The position numbers and the translations under genes are program-made. The notes beneath the pieces are model-generated. The model made no database searches, was not told where the DNA came from, and was given only the letters and a program-made list of their open reading frames with translations. A DNA stretch of 64,000 nucleotides from an uncultured Candidatus Saccharibacteria bacterium (GTDB lineage Bacteria; Patescibacteriota; Saccharimonadia; Saccharimonadales; Saccharimonadaceae): positions 12,528-76,527 of the forward strand of contig CAURBE010000003.1 of assembly GCA_963523045.1 (NCBI GenBank), given 5' to 3'. Positions 30,944-39,909 of the stretch are shown here, one piece after another. Numbering within the stretch: the stretch's first letter is position 1; the number at the start of each line of letters is the position of its first letter.

Positions 30944-31552
30944 CTACTCCGTAAATGTATTAGCGTAATTCCTAAAGGTGATGTTGAGAGTTGCTGGATC
31001 GAAACCCTGCTCTTTAATTTTGTTAATGGCAGCATTTCTGTAACCTTCGGGTGCGTCAATTTCTATAATAACGCCATTTGGCTTATTTGGGTCCATCTTA
31101 TAGCCGATTGAATAAAGTAAATTCTTTATTGGCAATTTCTTAATAACCGGGTTGTTTTTTTCGAGATTCTGTTGTTCGCTAGCTAGTCTATTAGTGGTTG
31201 TCTTGTCTATCTCTGATATTTTGGAGGATGATAAAGCTTCTTTAGATGCTTCCTGTGTTAGCGGTTTTAATGAAAAAACAATTTTTATTGGTGAACCTTG
31301 TTTCACTTCTGTGCGGATAGTTTTATCTTCAAAGCCACTTCTGGACGCCTTAAAGTCGTAAGTTCCCGGCTTTATGTGGACAACTTGAGAGCCTGTTACT
31401 TTTTGATTATCAAAAGCAATCTCGGCTTTATCTGGTGAGATGAGCAGGGAGACTGGTGTGGTGTTGGTTCTCGTGGCACAAACGATTATGCCATACAGTA
31501 ATACCCCCACTGATGATAAAAACAATATTTTACTGATAGCTTGCTTATTCAT
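30944..31552 (-). CDS. Membrane-anchored protein with PEGA-like beta domain
   Basis: N-terminal TM; SPDKAEI...IKPGTYDFKASRSGF pattern. Confidence 0.6.
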   Translation of the reverse strand: MNKQAISKILFLSSVGVLLYGIIVCATRTNTTPVSLLISPDKAEIAFDNQKVTGSQVVHIKPGTYDFKASRSGFEDKTIRTEVKQGSPIKIVFSLKPLTQEASKEALSSSKISEIDKTTTNRLASEQQNLEKNNPVIKKLPIKNLLYSIGYKMDPNKPNGVIIEIDAPEGYRNAAINKIKEQGFDPATLNITFRNYANTFTE

Positions 31553-31553
31553 A

Positions 31554-32822
31554 TTATCTTCTTATTTCATTCCTTTGCTGTTTTTTATCTTCTGGTATGT
31601 TGCCATTTCTAAACCAAGTTACGCTTGGTGATGTTATACTTTCTAGACCCGCCTTTGGTGCATACTGACACTGTGAAGCAGATGCAATTAATGAATCAAA
31701 GCCGTCAATTTTACCGACATAGACAAATGTGTGTCCCGGACTGTGTGCAACATCGCCCGGCTGAAGATCGGCTGTATTAATTGAACTGCCGTTACCGACC
31801 GTCTTCCAGTTAGCTTCTGCCCAGGCTCGCTGCATACTTGTCGGTCCAGCCTGACCATTCTTTGCGCCGTAATTATAATTTTGATCAAAGCCGCTATCAT
31901 ACAGTAAAGTTGTTACGAACCCGCCACAGTCAACCCCACCACCAAAGCAGTCATCCCCAACAAAACGGTTTTCCTTTATTGCGTTTTCAATAGCTTCGGC
32001 GTATTCGGGTTTTTTGTCGGTACGAGTTCTTGTTTCTGGCCAGGCATAGCGCTTAACATATTCAATAAGCTTATCGCGACTAGAAGATGAACAATTTTCT
32101 CCACCTACCGCTGAGTCTTTAAATCTTTCATATATCGCCTTTGCAAATCCGCCTCGCGTACTTAAGACTCTTTCTGCTGAGTCGGCTGACACTTCAAAGT
32201 TGTTATGCCAAAAAACAGTAGCATCTTCGACGGTTTTTGTTTCTTTTAGGGCGTCCCATTCTTTCATTCCAAAGAATGACCCAACAAAACCAAATGCGGT
32301 TACTGGTCGGTTCTTACTCTCTTCCATTAGGTATTCCAGCTCAAAAATCAGAAGCTTGTCGTTGTCTTCAATAGGGATTGAATCTAATGTGCCGTCATTC
32401 TTTGCTGCCCCGCCATACGCTTGGTTATAATACTTTGTTAATTCTGAAGGTATTTTACTAGCGATCGCAGTTCGCCTTCCGCCAGTCCACTGTGCAAGCC
32501 CCCAGCCGCCACTACCCCAGCCCTGACTTTCTTCATGTCGGGTCGGACTGAATCCTGACTCGGCCTGGATATTTCCCATTACTCCTGCTGCTTGCTCTGC
32601 ACTTAAACCGGCATTACGTAAGTACCCCCAAATCTTCTCTTGATTATCAGCGCCAGACACACCGTTGGTTGATGAACCAGAGCATGTTGTGTCGTTTTTC
32701 TTATACCAAGTGATAGTGTTTGTAATATATGATTCTGGATAAGCTGCTGCAGAAGATATTGGCTGAACAGTAATCGCGAAAGATACGATAATACAAATAG
32801 CGATGGAGATTTTTTTATACAT
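31554..32822 (-). CDS. Secreted peptidoglycan hydrolase: phage-tail-lysozyme-like plus NlpC/P60-like domain
   Basis: Signal peptide; GVMGNIQAESG...GLAQWTGGRR; DCGGFV...LQPGDV...GHTFVYVG; start reassigned to 32822. Confidence 0.82.
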   Translation of the reverse strand: MYKKISIAICIIVSFAITVQPISSAAAYPESYITNTITWYKKNDTTCSGSSTNGVSGADNQEKIWGYLRNAGLSAEQAAGVMGNIQAESGFSPTRHEESQGWGSGGWGLAQWTGGRRTAIASKIPSELTKYYNQAYGGAAKNDGTLDSIPIEDNDKLLIFELEYLMEESKNRPVTAFGFVGSFFGMKEWDALKETKTVEDATVFWHNNFEVSADSAERVLSTRGGFAKAIYERFKDSAVGGENCSSSSRDKLIEYVKRYAWPETRTRTDKKPEYAEAIENAIKENRFVGDDCFGGGVDCGGFVTTLLYDSGFDQNYNYGAKNGQAGPTSMQRAWAEANWKTVGNGSSINTADLQPGDVAHSPGHTFVYVGKIDGFDSLIASASQCQYAPKAGLESITSPSVTWFRNGNIPEDKKQQRNEIRR

Positions 32823-33273
32823 CAGTCTGACCTCTTGAATATTCATTAATAATATCTGTAGGTACGCCAGTTTGCTTTAGAGAATCTATTGATTTTTCGC
32901 TATTAATTCCTGTAATAACTGTGCCGTTTTTAAAAATAGCATACGAATCATAAGTGGCCTTAGTGGTGTGGCTAAAAATCGTCATTTTTATTAGTTTAAA
33001 TCCGTTTTGCTCTTTAACTAAGGTGTATTTTTTTAGTTCACGCTTTCCATATTTACTGGCAGTGGAATTAAATAGATCAATGATAATATTCTGCTCAGTT
33101 GGCTGCTGAGGATTGGTGTTTTGGGCGACTGGCTTTTTATTAGCGGTTTGTTCGGAAGATAAAACTGTTGTATATTCGCCCTCGGTAGGATTTTTTGTGA
33201 TAAAAAACACCACCAGAATACTCATAAAGAGCATGATAGAAAGTATTAGGATGGTTTTGTCTTCTCTATTCAT
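32815..33273 (-). CDS. Small membrane-anchored hypothetical protein
   Basis: ATG at 33273 directly after the upstream stop; one N-terminal TM. Confidence 0.72.
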   Translation of the reverse strand: MNREDKTILILSIMLFMSILVVFFITKNPTEGEYTTVLSSEQTANKKPVAQNTNPQQPTEQNIIIDLFNSTASKYGKRELKKYTLVKEQNGFKLIKMTIFSHTTKATYDSYAIFKNGTVITGINSEKSIDSLKQTGVPTDIINEYSRGQTDV

Positions 33274-33274
33274 G

Positions 33275-36220
33275 TTAAACATTCCTTGCGTATTCCCAGT
33301 GCCACGGTTCTGGTTTACTGCCACCCGGTTTTGCCCAAGCTGGATGAACGTAGCCATATTTATGTGCATTCGCTTCCAGCCATTTATAAACATTAGAACC
33401 AGTGCCTCCAACATTAATATCTACTGCCAGACCCCAACCGTGATTTGATATGCATGGAGGAGCTGGTGCTGCTGCCCCGCCCTGGTATCGTGGATTACCT
33501 GGAGTGGCGTAAGCAATTTGCGTATCGCAATCCCGGTAAGCCTCGTTGATGGTTAAGTCAGCGCCAGTCTCAGCTTTGTAAGCTTTATTCATTTCTTCCA
33601 TGGCTTTTGCAGCTTTTTTATGCATTTTATTGCTTGATGAGAATGATAATGCTTGCAATTCTGAGCCTGGTATTTTACCGTTTTCATGTCCGCCCCAGCC
33701 ATCAGCGGCCTCTGCTAATTGCGGTTCGCCGACGGCATCGCTGTCATCAACTGGTTTAGTTTCATTTGAGCCTCCCTCATTTTCTTCCTCGTCTTCACCG
33801 TTGACTGATTGAGCGACTTGGAAATCAATAAGCAGGACTGACATTGCAGATAGTTTTCTATCGCTATAAGTCTTATTGTCGCTACCAGTTCCAGCTGATT
33901 CACCGGTAATTGCTGAGCCATCAGTTGGGTCGGTAAGGTTTTGCTGCTTAATTGGCCCTGAAGAGGTTGAGCTGGATGGTGCTGTACAGCCACCGCTCTT
34001 AAACCAATATTCTCCAGTACTGGCGTCACTACAATCACTAATAAAATCATGAAGAGGTGTATTTTCAACGATGTACCCAATCTTTATGAGGTCTTCTATG
34101 GTTGCGCCATCTGGGATTTCCTTACTATTATCAACCCACCCCTCCTCTTCGGCTATTTGGAGTGCTTCATCGGTGGACATGTTGGCTTGATCCTTAGTGA
34201 TACCAGTACATGGCAAGCCCGCCAGGTTGATTGCTGGATCATCAGTTGAGCCACTACCCATGTTAAAGTCCTTTGCGTAGCCGCAGTATTTGTCTGAATA
34301 CATGCCATTTGCTGCTTTTGCAGTCGATGAATACGTTAACGCCATTGACGGTAATCTAAATATATTAGATAGCATTGCCATCGGAGTTCTGCTATATGTG
34401 CCATTTGCTAACATCATATTTCCCATATTATGGACAATACTGCCTAAGAAAGTATATTTACTAGAAGTGTCAAACGGGCTCAATGAGGCAATGTCCATCT
34501 CTTTCTGGATTTTTTCATTAGCAATTTTAATACCATTAAATTCTGCTAATTGACTTCGTTTTAGTCCTGGCAACATCTGACTCATGGATCCGGTCGAGAA
34601 GAAGGCTGCTGCGCCAACACCAAGTGAATCTCCCAAATCTTTATATTGTGCGGTGTTTGGAGCTAAGAACTTTGTTGCCAGCTCTAGAAGCAAATTCTTG
34701 ACTGCTTCACCAGCAACCCATCCGGCGACAGAAGTAATTGCGTTTTGGACTACAACTTTGCCAACCGTACGGGCTAATAAACCTACTCCACCAGTCATCC
34801 ATGTAGCTGATAATTCCATTGCCGAGAAAGAGTACATGGTGTATGGACTAAGAATGAAATTGCAGACTGGGTCAGTTGCCTCCTTAACGCCGTTCAGAGA
34901 TTGGATTATTGGATTAGATATTACTGAATATCCAGGAACGTAATTTTTAGCAATGGCTGGTTTATTTTGGTTTATGCCCATTGTTGCCATCATTGTTGGT
35001 GAGTCTAAGGCAGATCCTTCAGTATTTTCAGAATCTTTCATTTTTCCTCTCTCGGTCAGCATTGTGCCAATTGTATCCATTGCTTCTGGTGTAAAACCGC
35101 TACCAAATCCAGCCGCTTTTGCTTGTGATCCAGGAGATAATATAACTTCCATAACTAAGGTAAATACGGGTGCCAACTGAATGGCAGCAAACCCTGCAGT
35201 CACGATATTCGGAGCCTTTGCGACTACGCAGCCACCAGCAGCAATACCATAAACCAGTCCGCCTTTGCCTATTTTTTCACCAAGACCTTTAATGCGATCA
35301 TTAACTGCGCTGCTCGCTTTACCACCATCAAATTTTGGTAGCTTTTCCTTAAATTTAGTAATCCGTTCTTGTACGCCAAGTTTTTTATCAATCTTATTAG
35401 CAATTCCGCCATTTCTTTTAAGACCCAGGTGTTTGTAAATTCGCTGCATGTGTTTTCCGGTCCAGGCATAAAAACGCATGATTCTTCCATAAACTTTATT
35501 TCCTATTTTCCTATTCTCTGGTTTGATTAACTCATCTTTTAATTCGGAGGCTTTGATGGGTTTGCCATTGTTAATTCCCTCAACACTGTAATGTGAAGGG
35601 TTTTTATCTGGATAACCTGTTTTTTTCAGATTTATCTCGGTACCATCAGCGTTAACAGGCTTAATCCCCTGTTTTGATAGTCTCCATAATGCCTTATTCG
35701 AGATTCTTCCTAGCTTACAGCGCATTCCCTTTTTGCCTTGGCAAATTCCTGTATTATCTCCGCTGTTGAGTATGCGATTAAAATGCTTTCTGAAGCGGTA
35801 TTCTTTAACGGTTGAGGCGGAGTCATTAGTACCTCTCATGTTCTCAACAATGTTTTGCAGCATGGTGGCCGGTCCAAAAAGCGATCCTATTATCCCAAAT
35901 AAAGCAGCAATTAATGCAAATATCATGGCGATTGGGCCGCGTTTTTTCATTAACGACTTAAAAGTCATCGGCTGCTTTTTATTAGATTTATTGGATGGTT
36001 GATAAAAACCATCCCCGTTAGTAGAACTACGAGAAGATTCTTGGTCGGCAACTTTTTTCTCTGCACTATCAATATCACTAGGATCGTAAAAATCCTTATC
36101 AAAGTTGTCATCGCCCTTTAGCTGATTTGCTGTAGCTGATTCACGCGCACTAAGTTCATTACTGGCGGGATTCAGTCTCTCGTCAGCCTTATCATCCGTA
36201 TCGTAAGAAAGTAGTGCCAT
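33275..36220 (-). CDS. Large membrane protein with C-terminal M15B (VanY-like) peptidase domain
   Basis: TM near residue 100; C-terminal AYR..Q, SNHGWGLAVD (SxHxxGxAxD), EPWHWEY. Confidence 0.82.
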   Translation of the reverse strand: MALLSYDTDDKADERLNPASNELSARESATANQLKGDDNFDKDFYDPSDIDSAEKKVADQESSRSSTNGDGFYQPSNKSNKKQPMTFKSLMKKRGPIAMIFALIAALFGIIGSLFGPATMLQNIVENMRGTNDSASTVKEYRFRKHFNRILNSGDNTGICQGKKGMRCKLGRISNKALWRLSKQGIKPVNADGTEINLKKTGYPDKNPSHYSVEGINNGKPIKASELKDELIKPENRKIGNKVYGRIMRFYAWTGKHMQRIYKHLGLKRNGGIANKIDKKLGVQERITKFKEKLPKFDGGKASSAVNDRIKGLGEKIGKGGLVYGIAAGGCVVAKAPNIVTAGFAAIQLAPVFTLVMEVILSPGSQAKAAGFGSGFTPEAMDTIGTMLTERGKMKDSENTEGSALDSPTMMATMGINQNKPAIAKNYVPGYSVISNPIIQSLNGVKEATDPVCNFILSPYTMYSFSAMELSATWMTGGVGLLARTVGKVVVQNAITSVAGWVAGEAVKNLLLELATKFLAPNTAQYKDLGDSLGVGAAAFFSTGSMSQMLPGLKRSQLAEFNGIKIANEKIQKEMDIASLSPFDTSSKYTFLGSIVHNMGNMMLANGTYSRTPMAMLSNIFRLPSMALTYSSTAKAANGMYSDKYCGYAKDFNMGSGSTDDPAINLAGLPCTGITKDQANMSTDEALQIAEEEGWVDNSKEIPDGATIEDLIKIGYIVENTPLHDFISDCSDASTGEYWFKSGGCTAPSSSTSSGPIKQQNLTDPTDGSAITGESAGTGSDNKTYSDRKLSAMSVLLIDFQVAQSVNGEDEEENEGGSNETKPVDDSDAVGEPQLAEAADGWGGHENGKIPGSELQALSFSSSNKMHKKAAKAMEEMNKAYKAETGADLTINEAYRDCDTQIAYATPGNPRYQGGAAAPAPPCISNHGWGLAVDINVGGTGSNVYKWLEANAHKYGYVHPAWAKPGGSKPEPWHWEYARNV

Positions 36221-36237
36221 ATTCTCCTATAATTATA

Positions 36238-38097
36238 CTATACTGGTCCGTATCCGCCGATTGGCGTTTCTGACGGTTTTACCTGTTGAGCCGCCGGATT
36301 AGTGTTAATGAGATTATATTCAGTGTCGCTAGCTTGGATTTGGATGTGAACATGGTTTTGTCCAGCAAAGAACAACCCTTGTCCAACTGGGAAATTGGAT
36401 AGACGCTTCTGCTCTTCTTCTGTCAATTTGAACACCTGAGACAGGACATCGACAGCGCTAGTAGACTGTTTTAAGAGGAGCTGCATTGATGAGTTAGAGA
36501 CAATTGCCCGCCCCATTTTACTGCCCACGAAGTCCTCGACGTCCTGAGTGATAGTCGTTAATCCCAATTGATACTTTCGGGCGCGTTTTGCTAGTGAGAA
36601 CAGGAAGCTGGCGGAATCATCATATTTCATCAATTGCCAAGCCTCATCAACAATCAGCATGCGTTTCTTCTGATCGGTGCGCGTAATATTCCAGATATGA
36701 TTTAAGACAATGTACATTGCTGTCGGTCGCAGCTCATCTTCCAGGTCGCGAATATTAAACACCACCATATTATTATTGATATCAATATTGCTTTGTTGCG
36801 AGAAGATACCCGCAAATGTTCCAGAGGTAAATTTGCGGAGGCGCTGCGCCAAGCTCGGCCCAGTACCACCCATATGAAGCAGTGTATCGTATAGATCAGA
36901 AATTGTTGGCGGCGTGGAATTGTGAGTTAACGGATCTGAGGTAATGCCAACTCGCGCATAAGTGTCAATCAACGCCTGATCGATATCAGCCTCCTCGGCT
37001 GGCGTTAATCCTGCCATGACTTGGCCGCTGGCTGTTGCCTGAGCTCCACCCAGCATTTGTCGCAACAGGCCGTGTAATGTCACCAAGTTTGCTCTTAAGG
37101 CGTCGTCGGCTTCATCGGTATCAATCACTCGCGGCAAATCAAATGGGTTAATCCTTGTATCGCTGTTTAAGCTCAATCTAATATAACTGCCGCCCACTGC
37201 ATCGCATAATTTTTGATACTCATTTTCTGGGTCGATAATCACGATGTCTGATCCAATCATCATACTACGCAGAGCCTCTAGTTTCACTGTAAACGACTTA
37301 CCGGCACCAGACTTAGCGAACACTACCATATTGGCATTTTCCAGAGAAAAACGATCAAAAATCACCAGGCCGTTATTATGCATATTGATACCATATAATA
37401 CACCCTTGCCGTCGGTTAGGTCGGCTGAAGTGAACGGGAAACTAGTGGAAATAGCACCAGTATTCATGTTGCGGCGAATCTGCAATTCGTCGGTTAATTG
37501 TGGAACGGTGCTATTAAGCCCCTGTTCTTGCTGACTGGAGGCTACTTTAGAGAAGACTAATTGCTGCCCAAAGATTGTTTCAATTTTATGCTGCACAAAG
37601 TTTAATTCGTCCATGCTATCGGCATAAATTGTGATATATAGCCCGTAGCGGAAGAACTTTTCAGAACCAATTTGTAATTGATCGCGTAACTCTTCAGCGT
37701 CTTGTAAGGCTGCTTCTAGCCCTGGATCACGCACGCGGCCTTTTTCGGAGTTAATATTCATACTTGCTTCCAGTTGCGTTACTTTTTTGCGTAAATTATT
37801 CAGCACAATTTGCGTGTCGACTGGATAAATGAACATACTAATATCTAGGACTTCATCAATGTTAATTACTGAGCTAAGCCAGCCGGTGTAAATCTGACGT
37901 GGATAGCCATAAACATACATGGTGCGGCCGTATTTTGAGCCCAGACGGAAGTGGTCCGAGTGCAGCTCAATACTACTTGGCGCAATGAAATCTCGGAGTG
38001 TGCGTACGCCAGTTAAGAACGCCTGCTCAACTTCAGCCTGTTCGCGTGCTCGTTGCTGTGCCGCAATATCTACAGCGTCTAGCTTTTTCTTTGCCAT
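36238..38097 (-). CDS. virB4: VirB4-like type IV secretion ATPase
   Basis: AKSGAGKS Walker A, IIDPENEY, INPFD, LIVDEAW, KRARKY, TQDVEDF. Confidence 0.9.
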   Translation of the reverse strand: MAKKKLDAVDIAAQQRAREQAEVEQAFLTGVRTLRDFIAPSSIELHSDHFRLGSKYGRTMYVYGYPRQIYTGWLSSVINIDEVLDISMFIYPVDTQIVLNNLRKKVTQLEASMNINSEKGRVRDPGLEAALQDAEELRDQLQIGSEKFFRYGLYITIYADSMDELNFVQHKIETIFGQQLVFSKVASSQQEQGLNSTVPQLTDELQIRRNMNTGAISTSFPFTSADLTDGKGVLYGINMHNNGLVIFDRFSLENANMVVFAKSGAGKSFTVKLEALRSMMIGSDIVIIDPENEYQKLCDAVGGSYIRLSLNSDTRINPFDLPRVIDTDEADDALRANLVTLHGLLRQMLGGAQATASGQVMAGLTPAEEADIDQALIDTYARVGITSDPLTHNSTPPTISDLYDTLLHMGGTGPSLAQRLRKFTSGTFAGIFSQQSNIDINNNMVVFNIRDLEDELRPTAMYIVLNHIWNITRTDQKKRMLIVDEAWQLMKYDDSASFLFSLAKRARKYQLGLTTITQDVEDFVGSKMGRAIVSNSSMQLLLKQSTSAVDVLSQVFKLTEEEQKRLSNFPVGQGLFFAGQNHVHIQIQASDTEYNLINTNPAAQQVKPSETPIGGYGPV

Positions 38098-38978
38098 TAT
38101 AGTCTTCCTCCTGTTGGCGGTTGACCTTGACCTTTGGTTACGTAGGCTGTTGTGAGTTGGCTCGGGTCAATTGCCGCCAGTGATTCGCGTGATGAAGTGT
38201 CAGGGTTATATGAGGTATAGAATAGCTCACCCAATTGTCGAGTATTTAATTGTCGACTTTTGACACCTATTTGGAATAATCCGCTCATCACTAAATCAAT
38301 TCGATTCTTAATCTCATCCTTAGCTTTTGCGTACGTGACCTGGTCAATCTTTGTTACAGTCGCTTCCTTCTTGCCGCTGAAGAAGCTACTAAACAGGCCC
38401 TTTGCCTGCTGTTTCATGACATTTGTATCACCGGCTGGATAATATGGTACGACGACATAGAAACTTTTATCCATAATATTGGCTTCTTGCGCTAAAACAT
38501 CGATAAAATCCATGTAATCGTCCATTAAAACATTAAGTAGCATATTGTCTTGGTTGCGCCTAATTTCTGCCAATCTGTCCAGATATGGACCAATATCCAC
38601 GCGGCGTGAACGAATGAGGATTTGGATTGGGAAATAAAGCGAATTAATAAAGTTCTGATAGCTAAATTCAATCCCCTCACGTTCACGGGCGCTCATCAGA
38701 TCAAAGTTAATCGACTCACATTCTACCACCGCCCGAAAACTGCCGTCGCTCATGATAATCATATTCTCGCGCATTTCTGAGAAAAGCAGCGTATTCTGGG
38801 TGCTAATCGGTCCATTCTTTTTTTGCTCTGGGGTTTTATCCGGTGTGGGTGAGGCTGGACTGGGACCTGAAGCAATTGTACCCGGTACTGGTGATTGCGG
38901 TGCGCCTTGAATCACCGCATTGGCACTGGCCTGCGGAACTTGCTGATGTGGCTGTTGATTCTGTAACTCTGGTTGCAT
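38097..38978 (-). CDS. T4SS-associated protein resembling the N-terminal region of VirB4/TraC
   Basis: SINFDLMS..ERE...FINSL.FPIQILIRSR; sits between prgI and virB4. Confidence 0.7.
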   Translation of the reverse strand: MQPELQNQQPHQQVPQASANAVIQGAPQSPVPGTIASGPSPASPTPDKTPEQKKNGPISTQNTLLFSEMRENMIIMSDGSFRAVVECESINFDLMSAREREGIEFSYQNFINSLYFPIQILIRSRRVDIGPYLDRLAEIRRNQDNMLLNVLMDDYMDFIDVLAQEANIMDKSFYVVVPYYPAGDTNVMKQQAKGLFSSFFSGKKEATVTKIDQVTYAKAKDEIKNRIDLVMSGLFQIGVKSRQLNTRQLGELFYTSYNPDTSSRESLAAIDPSQLTTAYVTKGQGQPPTGGRL

Positions 38979-38986
38979 AATCCCAC

Positions 38987-39880
38987 CTAACGTAATGAAA
39001 TCACCACTTCCTCTTCTGCTAATTTATTATTTTCTCGCTCAATTCGATTTGCTTCGCGCGAAATAGTTTCAACGGAAAGGTCGCTGTGATTATTTGCCAA
39101 ATCTATTATAGCAGGCGAGACGTTGTTTAGGCTAGTTTGCGGCGTGGTGGTCGATTGGCTGCTGGAATTGCTGATAGATATAGGATTTAATGTTGACTGG
39201 TGCATGCTCGGGTATGGGTTTGTTTGAAGCTGAATGTGAGAATCTATTTCTGAGTCTTCATCTGGTTGGAATACAGATTTTTTATTTGACTGGCCTGATT
39301 GCATTTTCTGAATCATGTCCTGTCGTCTGCGAGCATCTGACTCGATAATTAGATGATTAATATTCTGTGCGGTTGTGCTGTTTTCATCTAAAATATCGTG
39401 CGCTGCCTGACCTGTATTAAAAAGGTCTGCATGCATGGAGCTATTTGGATTATTAACACCGCGAATCGACCACCCCTGGCTGTCCACCAGATTTGCCAAA
39501 TATGACAATCGACGCTGAACTTCGGCTTGATCGTAATTGTTTCCATAGGTTTTTTCTTCGACTTTTGGCGCAACTACCTCTACTAATGCCTCAATTCCAT
39601 CAGGCTGCCACAAACGCTTTTTAGGCTTTAAGAGGAAAGAAACGACTGCCGCCAAATAGACTTCCATCGGCTGATCTTTTTTAAGTGGTAATGCTAGCGC
39701 TCCAAAAAACAGAATAACGGGCACTGGAATTAGAGCCATCGGTAGTAATATTCGCCCAAGAGCATATGCAATACCAATTCCAGCGACTGCTATGATTAAA
39801 AACACAAACTGACGGAAACTAAACGGTCCGAGCAGCTTATCTTCCGCCTCTACGTCTTGAGGAACTTTATACACCGACAT
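38987..39880 (-). CDS. PrgI family (VirB3-like) protein with extended C-terminus
   Basis: YKVPQDVEAEDKLLGPFSFRQF followed by two TMs. Confidence 0.85.
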   Translation of the reverse strand: MSVYKVPQDVEAEDKLLGPFSFRQFVFLIIAVAGIGIAYALGRILLPMALIPVPVILFFGALALPLKKDQPMEVYLAAVVSFLLKPKKRLWQPDGIEALVEVVAPKVEEKTYGNNYDQAEVQRRLSYLANLVDSQGWSIRGVNNPNSSMHADLFNTGQAAHDILDENSTTAQNINHLIIESDARRRQDMIQKMQSGQSNKKSVFQPDEDSEIDSHIQLQTNPYPSMHQSTLNPISISNSSSQSTTTPQTSLNNVSPAIIDLANNHSDLSVETISREANRIERENNKLAEEEVVISLR

Positions 39881-39909
39881 ACTGCTTATATTATAGCAAA
39901 TTGTAAAGA

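Noticed and set aside
31554..32822. Prophage, suggested by the phage-tail-lysozyme-like domain
   Set aside because: No capsid, terminase, tail or integrase genes; the protein has a signal peptide and lies in the T4SS operon
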